A stretch of 40,320 bases of DNA from an uncultured bacterium (lineage in GTDB: Bacteria > Chlamydiota > Chlamydiia > Chlamydiales > SM23-39), in assembly GCA_964618335.1 (NCBI GenBank), contig CAZTYI010000003.1, positions 1 through 40,320 of the forward strand, written 5' to 3'. Position numbers and translations under genes: made by a program. Below are positions 1 to 10,123 of the stretch, piece by piece. The number at the start of each line of letters is the position of its first letter. Within the stretch, counting starts at the first letter, position 1. Under the pieces are notes generated by a model. That model had not been told where the DNA came from. It ran no database searches and was given only the letters and a program-made list of their open reading frames with translations.

Positions 1-48
1 ACTACTCTTGGGCTTATTTTTATGTGGTTAGAAGATTTACTGAGATAG
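1..48 (+). CDS. possible 3' end of an upstream membrane-protein gene (TTLGLIFMWLEDLLR*), partial
   Basis: Frame 1 is open from base 1 to TAG at 46-48 and is hydrophobic. Too short to identify. Confidence 0.3.
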   Translation, partial: TTLGLIFMWLEDLLR

Positions 49-65
49 GTTCTTAGAAATAAAGT

Positions 66-94
66 TTGACTTTTCTAGTTTTGAGTGTTAGTTT
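66..94 (+). promoter_or_regulatory. sigma70/sigma66-type promoter of dxr-rseP
   Basis: TTGACT(66-71)-17 bp-TAGTTT(89-94), with an extended -10 TG at 86-87. Confidence 0.5.
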
Positions 95-117
95 TTCTTT
101 TTATTTTCTTTTAATTT

Positions 118-1251
118 ATGAAAACAATCACTCTTTTAGGATCGACTGGTTCAGTTGGTCAAAATACTTTAGAAGTTATTCGCCATTTTAAGCATGACTT
201 TAAAGTATTTGCTTTAGCAGCTAAAAAAAATAGCACTCTTTTAGAAAAGCAAATTTTTGAATTCAAACCTCAAATAGCGGTGCTTTTTGATGAAAAAGCA
301 GCAGCGGATCTTAGAAAAAAAGTTTCTTGTCCGGTTTTAAGCGGAGCTCAAGGTCTTTTGGATATTGTTCAGAGATCTGAAGTTGATTTAGTAGTAGCTG
401 CTATGAATGGACTAGATGGCCTTTCTCCAGTGCTGGCGGGGATTGAAGCTGGTAAAACAATAGCTTTAGCTAATAAAGAGACACTAGTAGCGGCCGGCAG
501 CTTAGTAATGGACAAAGCCAGACAAAACAAAGTTCAGATTTTACCAGTGGATAGTGAACATAGCGCTATTTTCCAGTGTCTTACAAATGAACCTAGAGAA
601 TCCTTAAAAAGAATTATCCTAACGGCTTCCGGCGGACCCTTTTTTCAAAAGAGTTTAGAAGAGCTACAAACTGTAACTTTAAAAGCAGCTCTTCATCATC
701 CGACTTATCAGATGGGTCGAAAAATTACTGTTGATTCATCGACTTTAATGAATAAAGGACTCGAAGTGATCGAAGCTCATTTTCTCTTTGGAGTACAAGC
801 AGATAAGATCGATGTAGTGGTTCATCCTCAAAGTCTGATTCATAGTTTCGTAGAATTTTCAGACCATGCTATTTTAGCTCAAATGAGCTATCCAGATATG
901 AAGTTACCGATTCAGTATGCCTTGCATTATCCGCAACGCAGTCCAGCAACCATTAAGAGTTTTGATTTTACTAGCGCTTTAGAAATGAGATTTTATCCTC
1001 CCGATTTAAAAAAGTTTAAGTGTTTAGCTCTAGCTTATGAAACTTTGAAAATGGGTAAAAGTGCACCTTGCTATTTAAATGGAGCCAATGAAATTTTAGT
1101 GCAAAGATTTTTAAAGGGAGAAATTCTTTGGAGAGAGATTGGAGAGAAATTAGAAAAATTAATCTCTTCTCACATTCCAGAAAATATGGTAGATTTAAAG
1201 GCTATATTGGAAGTAGATTTGCAAGCTCGCAGAAAAGCTGCGGAAGCATAG
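118..1251 (+). CDS. dxr: 1-deoxy-D-xylulose 5-phosphate reductoisomerase (MEP pathway)
   Basis: LGSTGSVG NADPH motif, LANKE, LPVDSEHSAIFQ, TASGGPF, MGRKITVDSSTLMNKGLEVIEAH. Confidence 0.98.
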   Translation: MKTITLLGSTGSVGQNTLEVIRHFKHDFKVFALAAKKNSTLLEKQIFEFKPQIAVLFDEKAAADLRKKVSCPVLSGAQGLLDIVQRSEVDLVVAAMNGLDGLSPVLAGIEAGKTIALANKETLVAAGSLVMDKARQNKVQILPVDSEHSAIFQCLTNEPRESLKRIILTASGGPFFQKSLEELQTVTLKAALHHPTYQMGRKITVDSSTLMNKGLEVIEAHFLFGVQADKIDVVVHPQSLIHSFVEFSDHAILAQMSYPDMKLPIQYALHYPQRSPATIKSFDFTSALEMRFYPPDLKKFKCLALAYETLKMGKSAPCYLNGANEILVQRFLKGEILWREIGEKLEKLISSHIPENMVDLKAILEVDLQARRKAAEA

Positions 1252-1291
1252 AACAGAAACATAAGTGTAATTTACATAAAGGCGTTTCATT

Positions 1292-3220
1292 ATGATTTTT
1301 GATGTTTTGTATATTATTTTAGCTATTTTAGGTTTAGGTCTTTTAGTTTTTATTCATGAGCTAGGTCATTACTTTATGGCTAAAAAAGAGGGCATGAAGA
1401 TCGAGGTTTTTTCGATTGGTTTTGGTAAAGCTCTTTATAGCTGGAAAAGAGGGCAAGTGAAATGGCAGATTGGTATTCTGCCTTTTGGTGGTTATGTCAA
1501 AATTGCTGGCATGGAGAAAAAAAAGGAAGGGCCGGAGCTTTCTGATATTAAAGATGGGTTCTTTGGTAAAACACCTTGGCAGAGAATTAAAGTAGCCTTT
1601 GCCGGACCGCTAGTTAATTTAATCTTTGCTTTCTGTGCTTTTACTCTACTTTGGATCTCAGGTGGAAGAGATCAGGCTTTTCAATTTTTTTCCAAAAAAA
1701 TTGGCGCTATATACACAGATTCCTCTCTTTATACTAAAGGTATTAGAGCAGGCGATGAAATTTTAAAATATAATGAGCGTCCTTATAAGGATTTTAAAGA
1801 TTTAATTTTTGCTTCTGTAAGTAAAAAAAATGAACTGAGCATTAGCGGTAATCAAATTGATTATTATCATCAGTTAAAATCAAAGCCTTTTAGTTTAACG
1901 CTGAAAACTTATCCGCTAGAAATTGAAAAAGAAAAAAACTTTTCTACAATCGGCATTGAAAACCCCGCCAATCTTTTAATTTATGATCAGAAAGCAACGA
2001 TAGCAAGTGGCAATCCTTCGGTACAAGCCAGCGGCATCCAAGATCAGGATCGACTGCTTTGGGCTGACGGGGAATTAATTTTTTCTCTACCTCAATTACT
2101 TCAATCGATTAATGAGCCGACTTGCTTTTTAACGATTAAAAGAGCTGGCCAGATTGTTCAGGATAAGTTTTATAAAGTTAAGATCGAAGATCTTAAAATG
2201 ACCTATTTTGATGAAAATGAAGTTAATGATTGGAAGTATGAAGCCCGTCTTTCTGGAAAACTAAACGAACTCTTCTTTTTAAATTACTTTTTTAATAAGA
2301 AAGGCATTGTTGAAAACCGTTTGTCTTTGCTGGATGAAAAGCTAGCAGAAAAAGTCTATCGGTCTAATTTTGGAGCTTTGCAAAAAGGCGATCAAATTCT
2401 AGCTGTCGACGGTGTCAGGGTTGCTTCATCTTACGATATTCTAAAAGCTTTGCAGAAAAGAAAAGTACTGATGATTGTTCAGCGCGGTTTTAATCCAACA
2501 GGTATCAATTCTCAAAACTGCGATCATTATTTTGATAAAGTATTTTTAGAAACTGATATTTTGAAAATGGTGCAAAGCATTGGTTTGAAAACACCGATCT
2601 CTTCTGCTGGTGAATTACATCTTTTAAAACCAATTGAACCGATGACTTTAGCAGCTTTAATGCAAGCCTCTTCGCATAAAGAGCTTTTTAATCAAGAGCT
2701 GTTAGAAAAAGAAAAAACTATTTTAAAAAACAGAGATGCTAAAGAAAGAGAAGCAGCGCTAAGTCTTTTGAAAAAACAAACCAAAGAGCTGCGTTTAGGA
2801 ATGGGACTGGTTGATGTAAAAGTCAATTACAACCCTACTCCTGGTGCTCTCTTTGCTTCTAGCTTTAAAGAAATGCAAAGAACGATAACAGCCTTATTTA
2901 CAGGGCAGATCCATCCTAAATGGATGGCCGGTCCAGTAGGTATTGTCCAAATGATGCACAGAAGCTGGTCGGTCAGTTTTTGGGAAGCTCTTTATTGGCT
3001 GGGCTTTATTAGTTTGAATCTAGGGTTGATCAATCTTGTGCCGCTTCCAGTTTTAGATGGTGGCCATATTTTATTTTCTATAGTAGAGAGCATTACTGGA
3101 AAACCCTTGAAAGCTAAAACCATGGAAAGGCTGATCATTCCTTTCGTAGTCATGCTGATTTTATTTTTTGTTTATATGACTTATAATGATTTATTGCGAT
3201 TGATCAAAGGGTTCTTTTAG
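1292..3220 (+). CDS. rseP: RseP/site-2 (M50) intramembrane zinc protease with PDZ region, long chlamydial form
   Basis: HELGH zinc motif, FSIGFG, PFGGYVKIAG, AGPLVN, NLVPLPVLDGGH; follows dxr. Confidence 0.95.
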   Translation: MIFDVLYIILAILGLGLLVFIHELGHYFMAKKEGMKIEVFSIGFGKALYSWKRGQVKWQIGILPFGGYVKIAGMEKKKEGPELSDIKDGFFGKTPWQRIKVAFAGPLVNLIFAFCAFTLLWISGGRDQAFQFFSKKIGAIYTDSSLYTKGIRAGDEILKYNERPYKDFKDLIFASVSKKNELSISGNQIDYYHQLKSKPFSLTLKTYPLEIEKEKNFSTIGIENPANLLIYDQKATIASGNPSVQASGIQDQDRLLWADGELIFSLPQLLQSINEPTCFLTIKRAGQIVQDKFYKVKIEDLKMTYFDENEVNDWKYEARLSGKLNELFFLNYFFNKKGIVENRLSLLDEKLAEKVYRSNFGALQKGDQILAVDGVRVASSYDILKALQKRKVLMIVQRGFNPTGINSQNCDHYFDKVFLETDILKMVQSIGLKTPISSAGELHLLKPIEPMTLAALMQASSHKELFNQELLEKEKTILKNRDAKEREAALSLLKKQTKELRLGMGLVDVKVNYNPTPGALFASSFKEMQRTITALFTGQIHPKWMAGPVGIVQMMHRSWSVSFWEALYWLGFISLNLGLINLVPLPVLDGGHILFSIVESITGKPLKAKTMERLIIPFVVMLILFFVYMTYNDLLRLIKGFF

Positions 3221-3231
3221 GAAGGATGATT

Positions 3232-3386
3232 ATGGACAAAAAAAATCAGTAAATGAGTTTAAAGCAAAATGTTTTCAAATTATAGAAAAAGAGGAAAAAG
3301 CTGTTTTTAACGGACTTAAGAATTCTGTGCTTTTTTTAACTGATATTATTAATCCTAGTGATGAGATTTGGAATGCAGATTCTTAA
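3232..3386 (+). pseudogene. degenerate Phd/YefM-family type II antitoxin (frameshift plus internal deletion)
   Basis: ATG GAC followed by an A8 run. Adding one A gives MDKKKSVNEFKAKCFQIIEK-EEKAVFNGLKNSVLFLTDIINPSDEIWNADS*, matching the EFKAKC N-terminus and the GxLKxSV..DIIxPxDExW C-terminus of this family. The central ITKRGKPVA-type strand is missing. Confidence 0.65.
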
Positions 3387-3456
3387 AGAAATTAAAGATA
3401 GTTATTAAAGAAAGGATCCTTTTTTTTAAAAAAAAATAATAAAATAAAGTTAAAAC

Positions 3457-3490
3457 AAAAAAAAGCCCGCTTGTAAAAAGCGGGCTTTCT
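3457..3490. terminator. intrinsic terminator, mainly for dnaK (minus strand), possibly bidirectional
   Basis: AAAGCCCGCTT-GTAAA-AAGCGGGCTTT hairpin, with A8 on the left (U-tract on the minus strand) and TTTCTCTTT on the right. Confidence 0.9.
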
Positions 3491-3557
3491 CTTTAAACAC
3501 ATGTTTTCTTTTTAGAAGTTCTTATTATCTTATTTTTTATTATTTTTACTTTTATCT

Positions 3558-5516
3558 TTATTTTTTCTCGTCTTCCATAATTTCTACATCAGCTTCTTCA
3601 AGATCAGGCTTGTTCTCTTTGCTTTGACCTTGTCCAGCTTTTTGATTTGGCTGAGGTCCAGCACCAGCTTGACCTTCAGCACCAGCAGAGCCTTGAGCTT
3701 TAGCCAGCTCTTCGCCAATCTTCTGCATATGCTGTTGCAGTTCTTCTGAAGCAGCCTTGACAGCCTGATGATCAGTCCCTTTGAGAGCTTCTTTGACATT
3801 GTCAACCTTCTCCTGAATCTCTTTAACGATCTGAGCAGGCAGTTTGTCTTTATACTCTTTCAAAGACTTTTCAGCTCTGAAGCAAAGAGCATCGGCTTCG
3901 TTACGAACCTCGATCTCTTCTTTCTTTTTCTTATCTTCTTCAGCGTGTATTTCAGCTTCACGGACTTTGTTTTTAATTTCTTCGTCAGATAGTCCAGACT
4001 TGGCTTCGATTTTAATTTTCTGCTCTTTGCCAGTCTGTTTATCTTTGGCTGAAACATGCAAGATACCGTCAGCATCGATGTCAAAAGCGACTTCGATCTG
4101 TGGTGTTCCACGAGGAGCAGGAGGAATATCGGTTAAATCAAAACGTCCGATTTCCTTGTTGTCCTTAGCCATAGAACGCTCTCCCTGCAGAACCACAATC
4201 GTCACAGCAGGCTGATTATCGCCAGCTGTAGAGAATACTTGTTTTTTCTGGGTAGGGATTGTAGTGTTACGCTCAATTAACGGAGTCATAACATTACCCA
4301 GCGTTTCAATACCAAGTGTTAAAGGAGCAACGTCTAAGAGTAAAATCTCTTTAGAGACATCGCCTCTCAGCACTCCGCCTTGAATAGCAGCACCGGAAGC
4401 TACAGCTTCATCGGGGTTGATACCTTTGTTAGGCTCTTTATTAAAGAGTTCTTTAACAGAGCTAATGACAGAAGGCATTCTAGTCATACCGCCGACTAAA
4501 ATTACATCGTCGATTTGATCAGCCGTTAGTCCTGCATCTTTTAACGCTTTTTGGCAAGGAGCTTTTGTGCGGGTGATTAGATTGTCGCACAGGCTTTCCA
4601 ATTTAGCGCGGGTTAAAGTTAAAGATAGGTGTTTAGGACCAGAAGCATCCATGGTAATGAATGGCTGGTTGATTTCTGTAGACTGAGTGCCTGAAAGCTC
4701 TATTTTAGCTTTCTCTGCAGCATCTCTGAGTCTTTGCAGAGCCATTTTATCTTTACTTAGATCAATAGAATGCTCTTTTTTAAACTCGTCTAAAATCCAC
4801 TGCATAATGATCATATCGAAATCATCGCCGCCAAGGTGAGTATCACCGTTGGTTGAAAGGACTTCGAAGACACCATCGCCGAGTTCTAAAATAGAAATAT
4901 CAAAAGTTCCGCCGCCAAGGTCATAGACTGCGATCTTTTTGTTTTTATTTTTGTCATCATCACTATAACCATAAGCTAAAGCAGCTGCAGTAGGCTCAGG
5001 AATAATCCGTTTGACTTCCAGGCCTGCGATTTTTCCAGCATCTTTAGTTGACTGTCTTTGAGAGTCGTTAAAATAAGCTGGTACAGTAATAATGGCTTCA
5101 GTTACTTTTTCACCTAAATAGCTTTCAGCAGTCTCTTTCATTTTGATCAAGACTTGAGCAGCAGCTTCTTCCGGAGTGATGATTTTGCCATCGATTTCAA
5201 AAACAGCTTCGCCATTTTTGCCGGCAACAACTTTATAAGGAGCGTGCTTGATTTCTTCTTGGACTTCGCTAAATTTACGACCGATAAAACGCTTCGTTGA
5301 AGAAAGGGTTTTTTCTGGGTTGGTAATAGCTTGTCTTTTACCGAGAACGCCGACAACTCTTTGTCCGTCTTTATAAGAAATGACAGACGGGGTAGTTCGA
5401 TTGCCTTCTTGGTTAGCGATGACCACTGGACTACCGCCTTCCATGATAGAGACACAAGAATTGGTAGTACCAAGGTCGATACCGATAATTTTACTTTTTT
5501 TATTTTTATTATTCAT
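3558..5516 (-). CDS. dnaK: chaperone DnaK (Hsp70)
   Basis: [66 protein letters not shown]. Confidence 0.99.
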   Translation of the reverse strand: MNNKNKKSKIIGIDLGTTNSCVSIMEGGSPVVIANQEGNRTTPSVISYKDGQRVVGVLGKRQAITNPEKTLSSTKRFIGRKFSEVQEEIKHAPYKVVAGKNGEAVFEIDGKIITPEEAAAQVLIKMKETAESYLGEKVTEAIITVPAYFNDSQRQSTKDAGKIAGLEVKRIIPEPTAAALAYGYSDDDKNKNKKIAVYDLGGGTFDISILELGDGVFEVLSTNGDTHLGGDDFDMIIMQWILDEFKKEHSIDLSKDKMALQRLRDAAEKAKIELSGTQSTEINQPFITMDASGPKHLSLTLTRAKLESLCDNLITRTKAPCQKALKDAGLTADQIDDVILVGGMTRMPSVISSVKELFNKEPNKGINPDEAVASGAAIQGGVLRGDVSKEILLLDVAPLTLGIETLGNVMTPLIERNTTIPTQKKQVFSTAGDNQPAVTIVVLQGERSMAKDNKEIGRFDLTDIPPAPRGTPQIEVAFDIDADGILHVSAKDKQTGKEQKIKIEAKSGLSDEEIKNKVREAEIHAEEDKKKKEEIEVRNEADALCFRAEKSLKEYKDKLPAQIVKEIQEKVDNVKEALKGTDHQAVKAASEELQQHMQKIGEELAKAQGSAGAEGQAGAGPQPNQKAGQGQSKENKPDLEEADVEIMEDEKK

Positions 5517-5520
5517 GATT

Positions 5521-6135
5521 TTATCCTTGGTTGCTTGTTTTTAAATCTTCTTTGACAAAAGGCTTTTTAGCGACTTTGACTTTAGCCGGTCTAATCACAC
5601 GGCTTTCGCTTTTATAACCTTTTGAAAACTCTTCTAAAATAGTACCATCGCTATGCTGGTTCGTTTCTACGATTTCCATAGCTTCATGGAAATTAGGGTC
5701 GAAATGATTGCCCTCTGAATGGAAAGTGACGATGCCGTGACTATATAATACATCTCTAAACTGGGTGATGATCATCTGAAAACCAGAAGCCCATTTTTTG
5801 ACTTCTTCTGAAGAAGAGGAAGCGAACTTCAAAGCATTTTCAAAATTATCTAAAACCGGCAGAAATTCTGAAATGGTATTTTCAACTACATAGCTGATGG
5901 TTTCTAACTTTTCTTTTTGCAGTCTTTTACGAAGATTTTCCATTTCAGCCAATGTACGTATATATTTGTCTTTATAATCGATGGCTTCTGGTTTTTCTTG
6001 CTCAGTAGTTTTTGGGTCAGATTTGGCTTCAGTTTTATCTTTTTGATTGTTTTTATTTTCTTCAGCTTTCGTTTCTTCGGCTGGTTTCTCTTTTAGTACT
6101 TCTGGGTCTTCTTTAAGGGTTTCTTCTTGTTTCAT
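5521..6135 (-). CDS. grpE: nucleotide exchange factor GrpE
   Basis: [44 protein letters not shown]; lies between hrcA and dnaK. Confidence 0.97.
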   Translation of the reverse strand: MKQEETLKEDPEVLKEKPAEETKAEENKNNQKDKTEAKSDPKTTEQEKPEAIDYKDKYIRTLAEMENLRKRLQKEKLETISYVVENTISEFLPVLDNFENALKFASSSSEEVKKWASGFQMIITQFRDVLYSHGIVTFHSEGNHFDPNFHEAMEIVETNQHSDGTILEEFSKGYKSESRVIRPAKVKVAKKPFVKEDLKTSNQG

Positions 6136-6149
6136 TTTTAAAAATCTCC

Positions 6150-7274
6150 TTATTTGCTTTTATTTTCTAATAATATGGATCTACTTTCTTTCAGAGAGCT
6201 GGCTTTGCTGCTAAAATGGCCAGGTCCAAAAGGAATTTTCAATTTAGAGACACTCAGTGTTAGCAATTGCGAAAGCTTTTCTGAAAAAGCTTCTATAATA
6301 CCAAAGAGTTGGGCGTAAGCTGCTCTTTTAGGGACCAGCACGGCTACAGAGCCGACTGGCAGATGGCCGATTTTATAAGTGTGGGCGATGACGGCAATGT
6401 CAGCCAGATCATGGCCAAAGATATTGAGCTCTTCTGCAATCCAACTGGTTAAACGGTTAATTTTTACGCTTTCTTTTAAAATAGATACCATTTGGCTTTG
6501 GTCTTCAAAAAGCGAGAGCATTTTAGTTAACTGCAGAGGATCGTTAAATTCTCTGTATTTAAGTAATTTGGAAAGACCGGTACGGTAAAGTGGTTCTTTT
6601 TTATTGTAGCTGGTGACTTGGCGCAGCATAATTTCTGTGTAGAATTTCTGGGCTATTTTATTCAGTTTTTCATTTTTGGTAGTTAGAGAAGATTTACCTA
6701 TTTTCCAAAGCAAAAATTGTTCGATGTATTTAAGATCTTTTTCACTGAGTTTTTGGTTTACATAGAGTATTTCAGTTTTAATTTCACCGAAATCAGTCAG
6801 TAAAAGCACTAGGAGTTTTTCACTGGTTAAAGTAAATAATTTAATTGTCTGGATAAAGTCCTGGTCGAAATAGGGGGTCAGTAGAAAAACTGCTCCACCA
6901 GTGATTTCAGAGAGCTTTTCGGCGCTTTTTTGCAGAAGGGTGGTAACTTCCTTGTTTTGCAGTTTGAGGTGTTTGGCGAGGTCAGCAATCTCTTTTTTAG
7001 AGCTCTTAGGGTTGTTTAAAGCAAAATTGACATATTCGCGGAAAGCTGGAGTGGTCGGTATTCTTCCTCCTGAGCAGTGCTGTTGGGAGAGGAAACCCAT
7101 TTTTTCCCATTTAGCGAAGTAATTACGAATAGTAGCTGGACTTAGATATTCAAAGCCGCTTTCTTGAAGCGTTTGTGATCCGACCGGCTTGCCGGTCTTA
7201 ATATAAAGGTCGACTAAGCCGAGTAAGACGGCTCTTTCTCTTTCTTGTTTTGGAATTTTTTTCTCTATTGGCAT
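6150..7274 (-). CDS. hrcA: heat-inducible transcription repressor HrcA
   Basis: LYIKTGKPVGSQTL, SPATIRNYFAKWEKMGFLSQQHCSGGRIPT wHTH motif; first gene of hrcA-grpE-dnaK; CIRCE upstream. Confidence 0.95.
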   Translation of the reverse strand: MPIEKKIPKQERERAVLLGLVDLYIKTGKPVGSQTLQESGFEYLSPATIRNYFAKWEKMGFLSQQHCSGGRIPTTPAFREYVNFALNNPKSSKKEIADLAKHLKLQNKEVTTLLQKSAEKLSEITGGAVFLLTPYFDQDFIQTIKLFTLTSEKLLVLLLTDFGEIKTEILYVNQKLSEKDLKYIEQFLLWKIGKSSLTTKNEKLNKIAQKFYTEIMLRQVTSYNKKEPLYRTGLSKLLKYREFNDPLQLTKMLSLFEDQSQMVSILKESVKINRLTSWIAEELNIFGHDLADIAVIAHTYKIGHLPVGSVAVLVPKRAAYAQLFGIIEAFSEKLSQLLTLSVSKLKIPFGPGHFSSKASSLKESRSILLENKSK

Positions 7275-7312
7275 ATTTACCTAAAGATGAACTTGCTTAA
7301 TTTTATAATTCG

Positions 7313-7342
7313 ATTCTAACACAAGCTTTAAAAAGGATGCAA
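7313..7342 (-). promoter_or_regulatory. promoter of hrcA-grpE-dnaK
   Basis: Minus strand TTGCAT(7342-7337)-18 bp-TAGAAT(7318-7313), with an extended TG. Confidence 0.6.
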
Positions 7343-7348
7343 GAAATT

Positions 7349-7375
7349 TTAGCACTTAAACAGCAAGACTGCTTA
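7349..7375. promoter_or_regulatory. CIRCE operator (HrcA binding site)
   Basis: TTAGCACTT-N9-GACTGCTTA versus consensus TTAGCACTC-N9-GAGTGCTAA; immediately upstream of the hrcA -35. Confidence 0.88.
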
Positions 7376-7521
7376 ATTTAAAATGTAAAGTATTGAAAAT
7401 TAAATATTTCCGCGTATAAAAAAAATTCAAGAATTGTTTTGAAAAAAAATCTTTTCTAATTTAAAAAAAAAATGTAACCTTGTTCCCAAGTTTTTTAAAA
7501 AAATTAAATGGAGGATCTATT

Positions 7522-8004
7522 ATGGGATTACAAGGTATTGTAGAAGGTGTAAAAGCGGCTCCTGGAGCAGTTGTAGAAGCAGTTAAAGGAGAAGTAGGAA
7601 AAGCGCATGGTAAAGATTGGACTTATCTGAGCTCAATTATTGTATGGGCTCATGAAAATATTATTGCGCCTTTACCACGTGATGAAGAGTCTGGTAAAAT
7701 ATTAAAATTAAAAACTGTAGCAGCTCTTGTCATGAAAGTTGTCTATGCTGGTGCTTATCTAATTGGCGTGCTAACAGGTGTTGTTGGTTGTGCTATTGGT
7801 GAAGTTACTCGTGGATTAATCGGCATCAAAAATGTTGTTAAAGATACTACTACTAAGGTTTGGAGCAAGATTTTTCCTAAGACAGAAGAAGGGGAAGAAG
7901 CAGCTAAACAAAAAAAAGGAAAAGTAAGAGCAGCAGCAGGTAACTTAGTGCGAAGACTGACTCCAAGTAGAAAAAGTGAAGTTGTTGAAGAAGCAATAGT
8001 TTAG
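7522..8004 (+). CDS. orphan protein (about 160 aa) with a central ~35-40 aa hydrophobic Gly-rich segment and a basic C-terminus
   Basis: GGAGG RBS at 7510-7514 before ATG 7522 (preferred over the TTG at 7480); own terminator; no family recognised. Confidence 0.75.
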   Translation: MGLQGIVEGVKAAPGAVVEAVKGEVGKAHGKDWTYLSSIIVWAHENIIAPLPRDEESGKILKLKTVAALVMKVVYAGAYLIGVLTGVVGCAIGEVTRGLIGIKNVVKDTTTKVWSKIFPKTEEGEEAAKQKKGKVRAAAGNLVRRLTPSRKSEVVEEAIV

Positions 8005-8061
8005 TAAATAGATGTTTATTGGTGGTTAACTAAAACTTAACAACCAATGAACTTGAAACTT

Positions 8062-8100
8062 AAAGAACGCTAAGTTTTTGACTTAGCGTTCTTTTTTTTT
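8062..8100 (+). terminator. intrinsic terminator of the orphan gene (between convergent genes)
   Basis: AAAGAACGCTAAGT..ACTTAGCGTTCTTT hairpin ending in T9. A second imperfect stem (ATTGGT-GGTTAA..TTAAC-AACCAAT) lies at about 8018-8048. Confidence 0.9.
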
Positions 8101-8148
8101 GTTTGGTTGTTTTTAATAACGCCGAAAGCCGTAAACAGAAAGAAAAAG

Positions 8149-10113
8149 TTAATTTTTCCTGAGTAACCTTAAGCCATTCAACCCCACCAACACCGTTCCT
8201 CCTTCATGCAAAAGAACCGCTACCCAAAGAGGGATCCAGCCTAAAAGAGCCGGCAGAGAAGCACAGACAATGACACTCAGAGCCAGCAGAATGTTTTCTT
8301 TGACAATCAACTGGGTTTTATAGGATTTTTTAAAGAGCCAGGGCAAGACTTGTAAATTGTCCTTAATCAAAATCACATCAGAAGCATCAACAGCTGTAGC
8401 TGAACCGATCTGTCCCATAGAAATACCAACAGTCGCTTTAGCGAGTGCCGGAGCATCATTAATACCATCGCCTACCATAGCCATAGGAGAGCTGTGAGAG
8501 AATTGAGAGATTAGCTTGAGTTTGTCTTCAGGCTTTAGCTCTGCGTAGTATTCATCCAGCTTTAAATCCTCTGCTATTTTTTGAGCGTTTATTTTACTGT
8601 CTCCGGTTAGTATTAAAGAAGATAATTTCATTTTTTTTAGTTTCAAAATTAGCTCTTTAAGGTGGCTCTTGACTTGCTCTTCAAACTGAAAAGCAAAAAT
8701 ATTTTTTTCAATAAACAGAAAGACAGAGCCTTTTTTTAGTTCTAAAAGATGTTCAGCTTTTAGATAGGAGGGATGACCTAGAAAGACTTTTGTTTTTTCT
8801 TTTAAGCTAGCAATATCCAGTTCTCCCTCTACTCCATAACCAGGAATCACTTTGAGATTTTCAATTGGCAATAAAGAGAGTTTTTTTTCTTGGGCTGCTT
8901 CAGTAATAGCGTTGGCAATCGGATGTTTAGCCCCCTGTTCTAGACTAGCAGCAATAGCTAGCGCGTCTTGTTCTAAAAGATCTTTTTCAGAAGAAGGGAG
9001 GTTAGAATCGTTAATTTTTTCTAAAGAAAGCAACTTTAAAGATCCTTGTGTTAGCGTGCCGGTTTTATCAAAAGCGATTTTTTTAATTGAAGCCAGCGCA
9101 TCTAAAATAATCCCGCCTTTCAGAATAATGCCTTTTTTGGCAGCAGAGGAAATAGAGCTTAAATAAGCAGCAGGCACCGCTAAAATCAAAGCACAGGGAG
9201 AAGAAGCGATGAGAAAGGCTAGAGCTCGATAGAAAGAACCCGTTTTTCCAAAATAGGTCAGATCAAAAAAGAGGGGGAGGGTAAAAGCAAAAATAGCTGT
9301 CAGACCAATAATGGTTAGCGCATAAGCTTTGGAAAAACTATCGAAAAAAGTTTGGATCTTTGGTTTTTGATTTTGGGCGCTTTGGATTAAACGGATGATG
9401 GTATTTAAAGTAGAGTAGTTAAAAGTTTTTAAAACTTTGATCTTAAATGCACCTTCTTGGTTTTTAGCGCCGGAAGGGATCTCATCACCAGTTTTAACTA
9501 GTACAGGAGTGGCTTCTCCAGTTAAATGCTCTAGGTTTAAAGAAGATGAGCCGGAAATTACCACACTATCTAAAGGTACAATTTCACCAGCTTTAATTAA
9601 GAGGAGATCTCCGACAGCAATTTCTTTAATAGATTTTTCAACGGTTGAATCATCTTCTTTTAATAAAAGGACTTTAGTGGGATTGATTTTATTTAGTTCA
9701 TGAATAGCGCTCTTGGTTTTGAAAGCTACTTGTTCAGTTAATGCATTGGCTAGTGCAAAAAGGACAAGAAGAAGGGCTCCTTCATAAGGAGAGCCAATTA
9801 AAATAGCTAAGAAGGCGGCCAACGTCATCAGGACGTTGATGTTGACCTTAATTTTAAAAATGTCTTTGGAAGTTTTTAAAATAGCAGGAGTGCCTAGTAA
9901 AAAATAAATAACGGTTAGAGAAAAATAACTGAAAGGCTGGTTTATGGTAGCAATAATATGAGCGAACAATAATAAACCAAGAGCAAACAGTCCGTTTTTT
10001 AAAGAAAGGCTCTTTCCCCATTTTTGAGAGCTTTGAGATAAAAAGGGGTTGACGCTAGGTTCTAGGCCGGAAAGAAAAAACTGATCGAAATTATAAGCTT
10101 TGGGTTTTGTCAT
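8149..10113 (-). CDS. heavy-metal P-type ATPase, P1B-4 subclass (ZntA/CadA-like)
   Basis: TGE actuator, SPC in TM4, DKTGTLT, HP, GDGINDAPAL, HEGGT in TM6; no N-terminal CxxC domain. Confidence 0.95.
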   Translation of the reverse strand: MTKPKAYNFDQFFLSGLEPSVNPFLSQSSQKWGKSLSLKNGLFALGLLLFAHIIATINQPFSYFSLTVIYFLLGTPAILKTSKDIFKIKVNINVLMTLAAFLAILIGSPYEGALLLVLFALANALTEQVAFKTKSAIHELNKINPTKVLLLKEDDSTVEKSIKEIAVGDLLLIKAGEIVPLDSVVISGSSSLNLEHLTGEATPVLVKTGDEIPSGAKNQEGAFKIKVLKTFNYSTLNTIIRLIQSAQNQKPKIQTFFDSFSKAYALTIIGLTAIFAFTLPLFFDLTYFGKTGSFYRALAFLIASSPCALILAVPAAYLSSISSAAKKGIILKGGIILDALASIKKIAFDKTGTLTQGSLKLLSLEKINDSNLPSSEKDLLEQDALAIAASLEQGAKHPIANAITEAAQEKKLSLLPIENLKVIPGYGVEGELDIASLKEKTKVFLGHPSYLKAEHLLELKKGSVFLFIEKNIFAFQFEEQVKSHLKELILKLKKMKLSSLILTGDSKINAQKIAEDLKLDEYYAELKPEDKLKLISQFSHSSPMAMVGDGINDAPALAKATVGISMGQIGSATAVDASDVILIKDNLQVLPWLFKKSYKTQLIVKENILLALSVIVCASLPALLGWIPLWVAVLLHEGGTVLVGLNGLRLLRKN

Positions 10114-10123
10114 CTAAAAATAA

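Noticed and set aside
9274-9281. KOPS-like octamer GGGGAGGG
   Set aside because: A single occurrence noticed, inside a CDS; not informative.
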